NCBI GenBank assembly: GCA_964035545.1
Contig: OZ037765.1
Coordinates: forward strand, 27,899,504-27,963,503
Origin: Bugula neritina
Lineage: Eukaryota > Animalia > Bryozoa
DNA length: 64,000 nucleotides
Direction of reading: 5' to 3'
The position numbers and the translations under genes were made by a program. Below the pieces are notes generated by a model, which did no database searches, had not been told where the DNA came from, and saw only the letters and a list, made by a program, of their open reading frames with translations. This document shows positions 10,601 to 24,300 of the stretch, piece after piece; position 1 is the first letter of the stretch; the number at the start of each line of letters is the position of its first letter.

Positions 10601-13355
10601 AGAAGAAGAAAGTGAAGATACAAACTTTGAATGGCAGCAAAATTATGATTTCTGGAAAGGTTTGCCTATCGAATAATTTCTTGTCAGGAGAATTTAATAC
10701 CTGGAATATGAAATATAACAAAACTGTATAACATGTTGAATTTATGCAGTATTTTTAGTGATTGACAAATATTTTCTGTTTTTCCATAAATAGTAAATTT
10801 TGTTTGATATAGTATCTGTTGCTGTTTAGTAGCCTCATAATCATGATTCATATTTTAGAAGTTACACATTTTGTAGAGTGATGGGGGCCTGACATCTTTG
10901 CCAAAAAAGAAAAAAAGTCCGTTGAAAGGTATATAAGCTCACCAAATGTTTTCAGTAGCTATTGAATTACTGCATATAAGCTGTTGAATGATAATAACAA
11001 TAACAATAATTAGTTAAATTTACCTTTTCAAAATCATATTTTTGACAGCTGCAAAGGCAAAGAAACAAGCTAAACTCATGCAGGCAGCATTCTCACCAGC
11101 TATAATTTCTGAAAGAGAGCAGCTAGCTGCCATTGCTGCCATTACTCCTTGCACAACTACAAATGATCCCTTAAACATGTCCAACAGCTCACAAGGCTCA
11201 CTCACTGCATTGCAACCTCAAAAGTAAGACTTACCATTCAGGTTAGGGCACTGAGTATCAAATACTGAAATGGTATATTTTCACAAGTGGCGTGGACTAA
11301 ATTTAATTAGCTGATTTTAATTATAGGCAATTATTGAGGTACTTATTACATTAAACAGTGTAGAATGCCAGCTTGGGTTTGGAGCAAGAGCCATAATATT
11401 GTGCTATCAGTTTCATAAAACACCTCTATCTCGCTTCATGAAGCAATAATCTTGTATTAAATTTATACATCTATATATTCTCAAATGTCATTTCACTATT
11501 AAATCTAATTCATTTTTGGTACAGCTTTTTATCAGTTTGAAAGAATTGTGTAATGTTGTTGATTGCACTTTTTAATTATATAAAGTGAATTCCATTGGGT
11601 GAATCTATAAAATTCGTAATGCACAAGTAAATGTTGCATGACACTTTGTGCAAGTTTCCAAATGTATTTAATGTTTAAAAATAAACCAATTACAATCTTT
11701 TACAGTATCTCTATCCCCCAATTCACGTCGTCATCAGATGCAGGACCAAACATAGCCAACAGCTCAATACGTTCATCCAATAAGCAAGAGCCAACTGACG
11801 TAAAGTCTCAGAGCAGCAAGCCGCAGGCCGCCCAAGCAGCCACTAAGAAAGATTTGCTACCGAAGCCTGCTACGCCTGCATATGTGCAGTTATGTGGCAC
11901 CCAGACAGGTAGAGTCCCACTCGTACCGTGTACCAAAATTTACACTTGCTTACTCTATGTTAATGGGTTATTAGAGAAGTTTATTTTTAGTTCAGTGTTC
12001 ATGAGGTCAAAGATGTCTATTTGCCTTATTCTATGTCGTGCAAATCTAGGATTTTTTTTAGAATAGTAGGCTAAATCATTTCAGTTGGTTTTGAAGAGGT
12101 TTTATCATAACATTTAATTAATCAGTAAATGTGTAGATTTAAATATTCGATATTGTTTATTTAAAGGATGGAAAATAAGTTTGCATGATTACTTTTTAAT
12201 CGAATTTTAAAATGTTTGCCATACATTTTTTCAGGCCAAAGCTTTGCAATAAGTATAGAAAAAGCAAAAGAGTTAATGAATATGGGCTTACTTAGAAGTG
12301 TTGAGCGATCTGGACAAGTTGATAGAGAAAGTAACTTTGATACTACAAAACAGCTTCTTGCTCTTCCACCCGGTACCACTATTGGCTTTGCTACTCCTGC
12401 CATTGGTGCTTCAGCGAATAAAGGACCTGCAGTGAAACATCCCAACGAACACGGAACCCAAAGCATCCGGAATCTGCTAACCACACCTGATGGCAAACTC
12501 ATTTACTCAGAACGAGGTGGTAAATTAGCATCTGTTCCCATGTCATCTGACAGTAGTTGGGTTTCATCCGCTGAGAAAGTACCACAAATTGTGAATTCAC
12601 CATCCTTCACTCTATCTCCGGGACAGTCACTAATTAGAAAGAAGCCTGGAATTACCCCTACTGCTGGAGATGTTGTAGCGGCACGTCAAATTATAGCTAA
12701 TACTCACGAAACTACCAAAAACAAGTTAATTTCAGCAGTTGTAAACACTATTGTAAGCACACCAGTGTCCATCTCTAACCCGACATTTGCTAATCTCAAA
12801 GCCGTGAGTCCAATCAAATCATTGGATGCTGAGAAAACTCCGAGAACTACTGGGCAGCTAGACATTTCACATACTACATGCAGGAATGTTCAAACAGCAT
12901 GGGCACCAGCATCTAGTAATATTTCCTCCAGTTCGAAAGAGACAAACAATCTAGCACAACAAGCATCTGAATCTGTGGCTAAGTCCGTGTTGGAAGTTTT
13001 AACTCCTTTCTCTACTGGCAGAACTCAACAAGATATTGCTGAGGTTAATGAAAGTTCAGTCAATCAATTAGCAGTTTCCAGCAAAAAAATGAATGTAAAT
13101 AACATTGATGTAGTAGAGTCTGTGAAGGGAAAAGTTGCTAGTCCAGATGCATCATCAACTTTGTCTGCACAATCTATTCAAGATTTGAATGACAGCGAGC
13201 TTCTGTCAATCTCTGAAGATCAACCTATCCTTCTGCATGCTACGTCTATGTTCAATCCAGAAACTGAAATGGCGGCTAATAAGTTGTTGTCAACTTCACA
13301 AATTAGCAAACCTTCTGATTCTTTCAGTAGTTCTAAAACCCCTGAAGCTGACTAA
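1643..13355 (+). CDS. KANSL3: KAT8 regulatory NSL complex subunit 3, about 1056 aa, 14 coding exons
   Basis: Phase-consistent GT-AG exons: 1643-1944, 2100-2258, 3073-3247, 3922-4023, 4279-4416, 4778-4999, 5740-5811, 6210-6284, 6396-6617, 10507-10659, 10877-10928, 11049-11223, 11706-11908, 12235-13355 (3171 nt). Peptides LDHCYSKIW, GWTVAQNKLFNRV, DKCARRLRQVL, YLEALQTLKAKIPSLIDKM, LLKRPWDP, KPIILMGWNFGA and LTQSVVDRCILDEI match recalled KANSL3 motifs (alpha/beta-hydrolase-like fold). Confidence 0.93.
4568..4745 (+). mobile_element. tRNA-derived SINE in KANSL3 intron 5 (3' end approximate)
   Basis: The head GCCGTGGTGTAGCGGTTAGAGTGCTGGCCTAGTAAACACGAG..GGTGGAGTCC carries an A box, an anticodon-like loop CTAGTAA and a degenerate B box. 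A non-tRNA body (GTTAGGGAGAGCATCCAG...) follows. The acceptor and anticodon stems do not close. Confidence 0.65.
6883..9974 (-). pseudogene. RTE endonuclease/reverse transcriptase ORF (about 1028 aa if repaired) with two frameshifts
   Basis: ATG at 9974 gives MKRKMNTK..LASWNIRTMLDRENTER. APE motifs: DIAALSE, VYAPT, GDFNARVG, HLIDFV, STDH. RT motifs: GKSPGSDG, NYRGISLL, QCGFR, FIDFTKAFD, GVKQGCVLAPTLF, FADD, FKYLGS. C-terminal LRWAGHV..R and GRPRLRFKD. The frame breaks at a 4-bp AAAG duplication (~9843-9850) and a 1-bp insertion (~7650). No in-frame stops remain once repaired. Confidence 0.92.
10191..10366 (-). ncRNA. HDV-like self-cleaving ribozyme at the RTE 5' end
   Basis: Minus strand: P1 GGUGGUG (10366-10360) / CACCACU (10237-10231); P2 CUUCAUACUA (10260-10251) / UAGUAUGAGG (10200-10191); P3 ACC/GGU with L3 UCCAAGC; P1.1 CC/GG (10230-10229); P4 CUGGGUGU-AGAU-ACACCCAG (10225-10206); J4/2 GCUAA with the catalytic-position C at 10204. 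Confidence 0.88.
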
Positions 13356-16300
13356 GTAATGGTTGAAATTGTCATTATAGAAGCTGTTTTCTGTACTCAT
13401 CTAATGAGTATTTCCTATACAAATATATCAGAAGTAGTATAATTATAATTTATAAAATTTATAGTTTATACAATTAGAGTAAATTATAGTTTGCTCAGCT
13501 TTTTATTTTACAATTTTGTTGAAATAATTTTTTTAAAACTCCCTCTCAAATCAATAATTTCAATATATAACATTGTAAATACTATTTAAACGAGTAAATA
13601 TTTCATTACATTAAAAAATAAGTTGGGAAAATGCAGCTGACAACCATTCATCTAGCACATTACAATAGAGGCTTAGCAAAAAGTACTCTTCTTTCCCGTT
13701 TGATGCACTGAGTAACTGCCAAGTCTTTAAGACATTTGAGATGCTCACTGTTTGAATTTTTTCCATTAGTCTTGCATTCTTTTTTTTAAATTTCTGAAGA
13801 CTTGTCAAGCCATAATTGGCTAATGTGATGGACATCTCCATGGCAAAATTGATTATTTCATGTTACATTATGCAAATTGTTTAAATTGTTTGCTGCATAG
13901 TGAGCACATTTATTCCTGTCATTTAGTGTTTGTCTAGAATCTAGATCTTGTTTACAAGTATATTGTTCAAGCCAAAATGAAAATGTTCATATAATAAGTA
14001 TGAGCTTGTATATATACAAGAACCCTAAAACCATGGGTTGGCTCACATTTTACTTCAGGCAACTAATATAGACTGCAGTCTAAACTTTATATCGGCATGA
14101 GTTATTATAAACAAAAATGTCTAATATGATTAAAACAGCTATTATCTTAAACATAGATGTGCCATGGCTATCACATTTTTAAAATGTATACAAGAAAGGT
14201 TTCAGATTTAATTTTTCACCCTGTGATTGGTTTGCCTTAAAAGTAGGCAATATTTACCTACTGTAGCTCCCCAACTCCTAGTAATACAAATGATACATTT
14301 CTAGAATGAAGACTATAAAAATATCGTGCCATTAGCCATCAGCACTTATGCACCTATTATGCTATTCTTTCTTAAGCCTCTTGGTTGTTCTGCATGAGTT
14401 CTTTGCATATATGAGAATGCAAATTTTCAGCGAGCAAATAACATGGTCTTATTGGTATTTTTTCAATTGACTTGATTAGTTTGTGGTGCACATAATGGTG
14501 TGGGGGTTGGTCTGTACACAAAATGAACAGACATTCTTTCTTCTATGTCATGTTTCAAGCAGGAGATATCTTTTCCTTAACCCTTTGGTTTTGAGTGCGT
14601 TACTGTGATTATTATTCAACTCTCTTGTAATTCCTCTAATCTCATGTAATATTTATTTAGTGTGCAACTGTGGGGGGCTACCATTGTCATAAAATTGTTT
14701 CTGAGGTCAACTGTACAGAGATGGGGTAATTTGGGCTTGCTTTAGTTGTTTAACTATTTGTCCCAGCTAACATACGTATATCCGCAGGTTACATTTACAG
14801 ACCTAGAACCTCTAGCTATAAATAGATTTGTATATTTGTAGTAGTAAACATTCAGCTGATGTATTTTTTACTGGGCACTCTTCTACAATAAAGGTCTATA
14901 TAAGAACTGAAGCAAACTGCACAAAATTATTCATATTGTGTTTCCAACAAGTGAGATTAGGTCTCAGCAGTACCAGAGAAGCAAGAACCCCAACACTTGT
15001 ATAATATTTACTATGATATATAGCAAACAACTTTCTGCCTGGATTCGAAATTTTTATGACGTTAGTTACATAGAATATAACATTTTTTGATGAGTTTGTC
15101 AGCAAGTAAAGCTTAAGCTCAACGACAAAAAATAGAACTCTGCCTTAAATTAAAATGTTATATTTCTAAACTTCCCAATAAAAAGCCAGAACATCAAGGT
15201 GTGCTCAAACTAGCTGCTTAAATTTAGTAGAAAAATAAATTATAGAATTTGATTTAGCCATGCGGCCAAAATTGTTTCACAGCAAGAATATATTGCTCAT
15301 CCGTACTAGGAAATTGCATATTTTGTTCAGTTATTAGGTTTAGTCTTCTTGAAAGGTAAGTATTAGCATTTGTTGGGAGAGCCTGGGAGAGCGTTGGTCC
15401 TTCTTTTTTAATTACAGTAAATGATTTGTTAAACAGATCTTTTCATAGACTGCAAAAAGAGCTTATTAACCACAGTCTGTTAAAATTCATCATCATAAAT
15501 CTACATAAACAGCTAATGGTTGCTGCCATGAACACAACATAATTATTAATAAACTACTCTACAAATTCTTCATTTTTAGAGCTGTGAATTTTATTAGGGG
15601 AGACAACTCTGTTAATTAGTGCATAGTTAGAAAGTTGCGTGATACTCGTTTCCAGTTGAGAAATGACCTTAAGCATTTCCTGAGCTGCGCCAAACAGCTG
15701 CGCCAAGTTGGATGATTCGCAATAGGAATTATAACTGAAATCACTTATTTACTTGTCTCTGAATAGTAGGTAAGAATTGATTTTTATATTCTGATGAAAT
15801 AACATTTATTACGAAAAACTGCCATTTTGATTAAAATTTAATATGCCGCTTAAAATAAAGTGTCTATTTGCCCTATTCTTTTCTAGTCCCTAGTTCTTTC
15901 GTTGGAGTTCGCCTTTGGCTTTGTCATTGTGCTTTGAGTTCGACTTCTGTCATATGAGTTCGCCTTCACAGTTCACTTTTACTTTTGGGCTTTAGTCTTC
16001 TAATTTTACCTTAAGCTCAAAAGGAAAGCTTTGCATTTTGTTGTGATAGCTCGAACTTGGTGTCAATTATTGCAGTATTGGTATAAACTTGAACTATAAG
16101 TATAAGACTAAGAGTAAGTATAATATTTTTGTTTTAATTTATATTAATAATGATTATAATATAAATTAAAATAATGAATAATAATTTAAATTATGAAACC
16201 AATTTAGCATGGTCACTCGATCATCTTGATAAATCATAAATTCATGATTATAATCATGGTGATATAAAGTTAAACGATGATTATTCATTGTTTACATTGT

Positions 16301-18345
16301 AAATATCATTGTTACTGGCTATGAGCCACTGACTCTGAGGTTATCAATATAGGTTTAACTAAAAGTGAAATTTTAAGCTGAGTCAAGACTGATCATTGGA
16401 ATAGCTAGCACTACAAGAATGGAGCTTAAAACTGAAAGTTTGAGCCTCTGTATAAGTATTTAAATTGAAATTTCAGTCAAACTTTACAACATCTACATGA
16501 TGATGGTGATTTTCATTATCATTATGTTTCTACTATTAGTATTAACAATTTTATCATTATGATTATCACAAATAATAAAAATAAAGCAATAAACTACTAA
16601 AAGTAAAAATAAATACTACTTGATAATGATTCACAAGTATCAGGAATACTATTTAATGACTATTAGTAATATCATTGATATTTGTAACTATAAGCATATT
16701 GTAACCAAGTGTGTTACAATGTTAGTGCTATCAAGTTTTTAAAATTGAATTTGATCTCAATCAAAGTACTTTAGTAGTAGTAACTAGTAATAGGCCTACT
16801 GATAGTGTATCAGTATGTTTCAATTCTAAAAAGCAAGTTGATGTATCTTAAATTTATTGCGTCTGAAATCATATATTATTTTCAATGTCATTTTCAATGA
16901 CTTTAAATATTGAATAAACTATGATATTATAATTGGCCTGTTAATATAGTAAAGGTAATAGCTACTTGTCAAAGATTTGTGAGTTTGGTTTCAGTTTCAG
17001 CTTCAGGGCAGTTAAAATTAGAATAGGGGTGAAATTCTACTCACTGTCAAGCTTCAACAATTTTTATACATTGCTTTGGAATTTTGCATTTGTGGTGAGT
17101 TTTGTTGAGAATAACATACTCACAAATCATAGCTTTATAAGTTGGAGTTTAAATACTACTAATATAAATTGACCTATGGAATTCGTGAGCTCTATCAATA
17201 TAAACAATACCGTAATATTGAAATCTTTTTGTGTGTCAACAGGGCTTTAGCAAATAATAAATACTAGCTTTGCTATGTTATTGATAAAAATTCTGTCATG
17301 TTTAGTTTGAAAAAACATTTAGGGAGATTTACGTAGTTGCATCCATGCATATAAAGTCTCTAAAATTGTAACCTAAAAATTGCAATGTTAATTTATACAC
17401 AATTACAAACACTCAACAGCGGTTGATCCTGTTAGGCTAGTTAAATATTTTTCCCTAAAATATCATCTGGTCTGGAATACATTGGTAACCAATATATCAT
17501 ATTTGAGTTAAGATCGCTGTTATAAAGCAGGAAGTATAAATGAACTTTATTGAGTCTTATAAATTGAATGCTTTCAGTTTTATAAGTTTAAAATGAGTTT
17601 TATGTTTTTCTGGAGATCATAGGCCTTCCTCTAGGCACTAAATAAATATCAAATATGACTGAAATGGAATTTTTTGTACATGTTGTTGACTCATATCCCA
17701 ACTGCATTCCATCTTGTTTGTGTCTTGGTTGAACTCATAGTTCTTTGTTCTTAAATTTTCCTTCTAATAATCTATACTTCTAGTATTTTGCAATTTCACC
17801 ATCAGCAGTTCCATTATTATTTGTTAAATCTCTCAATCATACTTGCGAAGCATATTTAATGAAACTCTATTATAATTGCCTTTATAACATGGGTACATAC
17901 TGCATATAAGGTTGCTGGACACATGTTGTTCACATTTATTTATGCTTGTCATATTTTAATGGCTTTGACCCAGAGAATTTCCAATGACCAATTAATATGG
18001 TTTAATATCATTTTTTCACCTACTCTTCAATGAAGATAAACTTATTTTATACACCTTCTTGTTTCCCCTTATAATGTTTATCTGGGTTCAAATGTAAATT
18101 TTAATTATGATGCTTAGGGTTTTTATATTATTCATTCACTCTTATGTTACAATAACATTGTAGAATATATTAAAATAATGGTTCATATATTTATTTCTAT
18201 TCAGCTGCAAATGAATTATAGAAACGACAAGCTTTAGAAGGTGTCTTGCATTGATTTCATCAGCCAATATATATCAAGTTAATGTAAAATATTGTCATGT
18301 GTAATGTGTTATATTTTTTAGAAAGTAACAGCACTATTTGCTAAC

Positions 18346-21300
18346 ATGCCTTTTGACGAAAATCTTGAGGTAAGCTATAGTGATTTATTGTCCCAGTTTA
18401 TCTAGTAACAAATTGGCTTATTCTGTACATAAATATGTGTATAATATTTTAGTGTCCACTATGTATGGAGCCACTGGATATAGATGATATGAATTTCTAT
18501 CCCTGCACATGTGGTTATCAGATATGCAGATTCTGTTGGCATAGAATACGGACAGATGAGAATTCTCTCTGTCCCGCCTGTCGTAAGGTATGCTGTCTCC
18601 GTGTAGAGATCTTATTTGGAGAGAAAAGTAGTTGGAACATCAATTTGTTCATTTTTGAAGATTTGATATGATTATTTAATGGCTGAAATGTAACCCTCTA
18701 ACAATTGCTATGAATGCGTTGAGTTGCAAACATTGCGCTATGCCATTGGTGTTTGTGCTCAGTTTTCATGTTGTTAAGCTGTAAACGTTTTCACTATTTT
18801 TATAAATAAACTCTATTTATAGCAATACCAAGAGGACCCGGCAGAGTTCAAACCGCTAACGGAAGATGAGTAAGTTCTTACAGCTGTTATCAACTGTAAA
18901 TTTGAACAACCAGGCAATTGAGTTTAGTTTTTAACACAATTGTATGAATTTCTTAAAACTTAGGTTAACGAAGATTAAAAAGGAAAGAAGACAAAAGGAT
19001 GTTGCTAGAAAGCAAAAAGCTGCTGAGAATAGAAGACATTTGGCTAACATCAGGTGAGAAATGATTTGTGAATTCATTTAGTAGTCAGGTAATACATATG
19101 GGGGACTTGGTTGCTGGGTTTGGTGAAATTTTACACTGGTGGGCATCTGCGAGTTGTAAAACAAGACCAAACACCAAGAAAATTGCCTTTCTTAATAGTT
19201 GAGTAGTAGATTGGCTTTGTTTTCTAGTTTTTTCCCACCATTTCTAGAGAGTTCTTACAAGCTGTTAGTTTTCCATTCACTTACTATATGAACTTGTATG
19301 TTGTGATTTGCTGGCTATTATGTCAATTTAAATGGAGATCTATTTCAGTGTTCTGTTGGTAAGTGATTAGCCAAGTAGCTTTAAAAAGTTTACTTGAAGA
19401 AAAGCACCAAATGGCATTATGCTTCATGAACTTTAAATCACCTTTAAATCTAGCTTTCTATTCAAATCTCCAAGTGTCTCTACAGAAAGCAGCATAAAGA
19501 TAAATAAAGTTGTTTGTACTGTTATGTAATTCTGTTATGTAACTATAATAATATTCTAGTAACATCTAATATGTTGAAGTTTACAGATACTAGCTGTAAA
19601 TAGGGAGTTGTCTTCCATACATGTGTCTTGTGATCAAATACACAATCATTTGCATGATTGTTGCAAAGTTGACTCATGGGTGGTTATTGATAGTGAAGTT
19701 TGCTTCTGATTTGAATTCCATAGAATTACCCTTTGAAATGTTGAACAAGTCAACACTCAGTGCCATTTAAACATTAGTTCCAGGAAGTTTATAATTGTAA
19801 GCTTCTGCAAACAATATTCCTTTGCTACAGCATTGATACTTGACAATGTTGGAGCCTGTGATTATGGGGTGGCAATTTTATATACCAGGCTATGCTTTCT
19901 ATTAGATTGATTCAAAAGTACATTCTGTCTAGTTACTAGTACAAATCTACTGTTTTCTCACACTTTTTAGTCCTTGGAAAGCTTGAAACTTGCTAATTTT
20001 TATTGGCATAGTGTTTTGTAAACTGTAAAAATATGTTTTATGTTGTAAAAAGACAAACATTTAAAAAAAAAGCCTATTATTTATCCCAGCAGAATGGAAG
20101 CCTTTACAGTTTACAGGGCACGCTTTTACTCCTTTTTTACCAGATTCATTTTTCTGATGTGTGTATATTTGTTGGTATATTTTACATGTCACAACATTTT
20201 TAAAGGTATTGGAGTGGTAGGTGGGAAAAGTTCCTTTATAGAAATCTTCATTGCTTTAAGGATTAAAAACCTACTGATTAATGTGTAATCCTGTGGTTGA
20301 AAACCTGGAGTACTTCAAGCTGTCTGCAGAACTTGACAAAAATTTTCAAGAATACAATGTGCCGTTACCATGTTTGGTCATGTTTTCTGGTCCCAATAGG
20401 TTATTATTTTGAAAAAGTTCTTCTAAGTTTCGCAATTTTTTTTTAATTTTGTCAACTTGAGATGTTTTATAAAGCTATTGTGATATGCATGCCATGTATT
20501 CTGGTTTATGGTTGTAAATCATTGTAGGTTACCCCCATTTACATATTGAACTGTGTATGTCATGACAGATCAAACTTCTAATATTCTGTTTGCAGGGTTG
20601 TGCAAAAAAATTTAGTGTTTGTTGTGGGACTATCAACGCGGCTAGCAGATACGGAAATGCTTAAACGGCAAGACTATTTTGGGAAATATGGAAAAATTTT
20701 AAAAGTTGTGATAAACTCTAGTACATCATACGCAGGAGCACAGGTGAGAGCATATATATCATCAAAGCTTCCTATTGTATTATAATATATATATAATGTT
20801 TTAGCTCTGGTGGCTCACTTCCTAAGCTGAGTGAGAGCTATCACTCCCACCATTGAGCATTATTCCTATGTGTCCACCTTTAGGTGCTGCAATTATTGTT
20901 GCAATATACAACTGTATACAGCAGTGTATGCAGTAGTTTACACTGTAGTGTATACAGCAGTGTATGCAGTAGTTTACACTGTAGTTTACACTGTAGTGTA
21001 TACTGTAGTGTATACTGTAGTGTATGCAGTAGTTTACACTGTAGTGTATGCAGTAGTGTATACTGTAGTGTATGCAGCAGTTTACACTGTAGTGTATGCA
21101 GTAGTTTACACTGTAGTGTATGCAGTAGTGTATGCAGTAGTTTACACTGTAGTGTATGCAGTAGTGTATGCTGTAGTTTACACTGTAGTGTATACTGTAG
21201 TTTACACAGTAGTGCTAAAATAGAGACTGAGTTGGCATGCTGAAAATGTTTACTGCTATATTTTTTTCTTACTTAAATTTGATGAGCTGTGAAGCTGATT

Positions 21301-24300
21301 TTCAATTATTTTCCGCTAATACACTTTTAGCCACTCAATGCATTGAGAGTTGTCTTTTCATAAACTCAACACACTCTATGAATGTCATCTTCATTATACC
21401 ATGTGTTATTTTATTTGCATATTTGCCTGTGTAAGTGTATATATGCAATCAACAGTATTGTGAGTCAAGTTTGGTAATACTTGTATGTGTTTATACAAAT
21501 TGGTGTTGCTGTAGTTGTTGTGTTCATAGTAATGATATTGTGTGTTTCAGGGTCCAAGTGCAAGTGCATATATTACATACACTAAACCTGAAGATTGCTT
21601 GAGAGCTATTAGTGCTGTGAACAATCTTCATGTTGATGGCAGAACGTTAAAAGCATCTCTGGGTACCACAAAATATTGCAGTCATTTTCTGAAGGGGACT
21701 CAATGCACTAAAGGGGTAATCCTTACTGAAAGTATTTATTCTGCAATAAAAACTGTGTATTGCCACTCTTTTCAGTTCATTATTAATCCATGTGTGCTAT
21801 CATAGGACTGCATGTACCTGCATGAGTTGGGAGATGAGGAAGCAAGTTTCACGAAGGAGGAGATGCAGGCTGGTAGACATCAAGATTATGAGCAGAAACT
21901 AGTAGATACGTACCTCACCCCATTGGCTAACAATACAGCGCACACAAGTCACAACTCTCGTACTAATGTTGGTGATGGCGTAGCAGTAAACAATAATAAT
22001 GTTAAAAATACTGCTACTAGTCATCAAAGGTACGTACTTTATATATCCGTTGAGATAATCACTTATGTTGCCCACTCCTATTAGTACTTATCTTATAAAA
22101 AATTCGATTGCAATAAAAGCCAAGTATGTAATAAAAAACATACACAGCTTACCCAAATTATGTCATTTTATTGCAAATATGTGGAGACAATTCTTAGCAG
22201 AATTATGGAGTATTTTAGCACATGTTGAGTTGTGAAGACCATGTTAGAGTAGTGCTTATTGATCCTAATCTTTGGGGTTGCAGGAAAAAGACAGACTCTG
22301 GTTCTAGCAATGGGTCAAGCAAGCCTAAAGAGCCGTGGCCTTTACTAAATAGTAACAGGAACTCCAACCAACTCGGCACAGTGAACACAGCAAAGGAGGA
22401 CAGTGAGCCAGTTACGGGGTATGGTGACGCCATGACGGAGGCCAAGCAGAGCCGTAATGGTGTCTCTCACAGTCCTAGTAATAGCTCGGTTTCTAAGATG
22501 AAGTAAGTTGAAAGTGGAGATGTGGGGAAGTCTCTCATGTAAATGTATTCCATTTGTAGCTCTTGAAGCAAACAGACACGTTCGGAATATATCATTATAT
22601 CAGATAAAGCTGTAGTGTAAACTTTCTTTTTCAACTTATGATTTTAATTCATCATGAAAAGCCTATTTTGAAAATTGTTCAAAAAAGTTCTATATATAGA
22701 AACTAACACAACTCTTCCTTGGATGCAGTCTGTATCAGTCAAGTTTGTTGCAGGGTGGTAAAAATTACTTTCCCCATGAAAATGTCAACGTTTTCTTATA
22801 CTATCCAATTGTATTTGATGCCTTTTAACTATATAACATGCACATGTGTTTCTACCAATTTTTTTTTCTGTTCAAAAATTAGTGGCCGGTCCCGAAGCTC
22901 TCCATCTTCTAGCTGTTCAACTACCTCTAATCCTAGAACTCCCACACCAGAAGCAGCACCCAACTTGTCTCCCCTGCCTCTAGTTGCGTTATCTGAAGAG
23001 AGACCGCAGGCTACTACCAATCATATAGAAACAGTACCAACCAGCAAATCCCTGCTCGTCGCTAGAAAACTGCCTTTCTCGGATTCACCTGATTTGCAAA
23101 CACCTTTGGAAAACACAGTTCATCAACAGACTTCAACAAAGGGAATAAATAGTCATCATGAAAGTGAAAATGACGGTTTAATTAGTGCTCCATCACAGTC
23201 TGGTGCACCACAAATTCATGGCTTTGCATCAGGTATATTTGATTATTATTGGTATAAGTTTTCATATAATTTTGTGTTCTTTTTATTTATCAATGCAATA
23301 AATTCATTATGCTACAAAATTGTCATTGAGTTTCTATTGATTTAGGAGCATATCCCGGGACATATAGAGACTCTGCCGTAAATCCACTACCTAGTACTTC
23401 AGACTGGCATACGTCCTTAGACCAAGCAGCTGCTGTAGCCTCTGATGATGATCTTGGATTTGATCCATTTTTTGAATCAAATAAAGGCTTAGCAGATATG
23501 CTAGCAGAGAACGAGAGCGGTCAGAGAATGTCTCCATCAGTCGGTTATTACTCGACTGGGCTACCAATGCATGTTCCCATTCACAGACCACCACCAGGGG
23601 TAGCTGCTCTGCCGCTTCCTCCGCAAGCGCACATGTCTGTTGGTGCTCCTTCTGGCACAGAACTCTTCGGTATAATGTCTTCTGTTGTAACTTCATCGTC
23701 TCCTATTGTTTCGTGTAATACTTCAAATTTGCTTCCGCCTCCACCAGGTCTATCTACTTTTCCTCAGTATTCTCACGACACTGGCTTGCCACAAGCCCAT
23801 GCGCAGCTTTCTAATACTGCTACAGGTATAGTGTCATCACTGCAACGCTCATCTTTAAGTTGATTTCACTTTTGCTATATACAGATGAGGTGTAAGTCTT
23901 GAACTGAAAGTTTTTAACCTAGATTAACTTAATTTATATAAAGGGAAAATATAATTTTGCACAATTCTTGACCAAGAAGTTTGTTGATATGTACTATGAC
24001 CCAAATAGGGAAGGCAGAGTATTGAAACGTTAATTTTGCTTGATAAAACTTTTTCAAATTGTGTTATGCCTATCTGCTATGATCCACTAATCTTTGTTGT
24101 GTATGCTTCTCACTCAAGGGCACTTTTCAAATGCTATGTTAGTGTTGTAGTTTGCACTTGCTTGAATGAAAATTTTCATATCAATTGCCTCTTAGGATAT
24201 TTTAGTATATATGCGTATACAAATGTTGTTGTATTAATAACTATTATTTCAAAATGAAGGATCTGCACTTTTTAGATATCCCTCAATATAGGGGAAGCAG

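Noticed and set aside
20831-21243. V/Y/T-rich and C/S-rich ORFs
   Set aside because: These are translations of the 12-bp minisatellite inside a CNOT4 intron.
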